Shown here piece by piece: positions 63,928 to 64,000 of a DNA stretch of 64,000 bases (position 1 is its first letter; every line of letters starts with the position of its first letter). Position numbers and translations under genes: made by a program. Under the pieces are notes generated by a model. The model did not search any database. It saw only the letters and a program-made list of their open reading frames with translations, and was not told the DNA's origin. The stretch comes from Octopus sinensis (lineage: Eukaryota). The stretch lies in assembly GCF_006345805.1 (NCBI RefSeq), contig NC_042998.1, forward strand, positions 17,298,001 to 17,362,000, given 5' to 3'.

Positions 63928-64000
63928 TGGTTGTATACTGTCAATTTAACGTGACAGTAGGGGATTACACCACCGCTGTTTAGCCCTAGGAAGCATCGAC
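63928..64000. mobile_element. Start of a second copy of the 48527 hairpin MITE (cut by window end)
   Basis: tggttgtatactgtcaa..aacgtgacagt..caccgctgtttagccctaggaagcatcgac matches 48529-48607. Confidence 0.8.

Overview
AT-rich, microsatellite-dense eukaryotic genomic DNA. The SINE families and repeat style resemble an octopus (cephalopod) genome; this is recognition from memory, not a database hit. No complete host gene is recognisable, only a few tentative exons. The window is dominated by mobile elements. (1) A full-length ~6.05 kb Tx1/L1-clade LINE (minus strand, 52132-58184; ORF1 with a zinc knuckle, ORF2 with APE, RT and CCHC) sits inside a (GATA)n array, and a second 298-bp 3'-end copy at 13.9 kb is also inside (GATA)n. 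This suggests a GATA-microsatellite-specific retrotransposon. (2) About seven fragments of R4/Dong-like restriction-endonuclease LINEs abut trinucleotide arrays, all but one (TAA)n on the element strand. (3) Six copies, in two related families, of (TA)n-tailed Penelope-like repeats carry a minimal hammerhead-ribozyme fold with compensatory stem changes between the families; two of them form a pseudo-LTR-like tandem. (4) There is also an internally deleted RTE, mariner and hAT remnants, several fold-back elements and many tRNA-derived SINEs, including dimers and tail-swapped variants. The overall pattern looks like different retroelement classes partitioning different microsatellite niches (GATA, TAA, TA).
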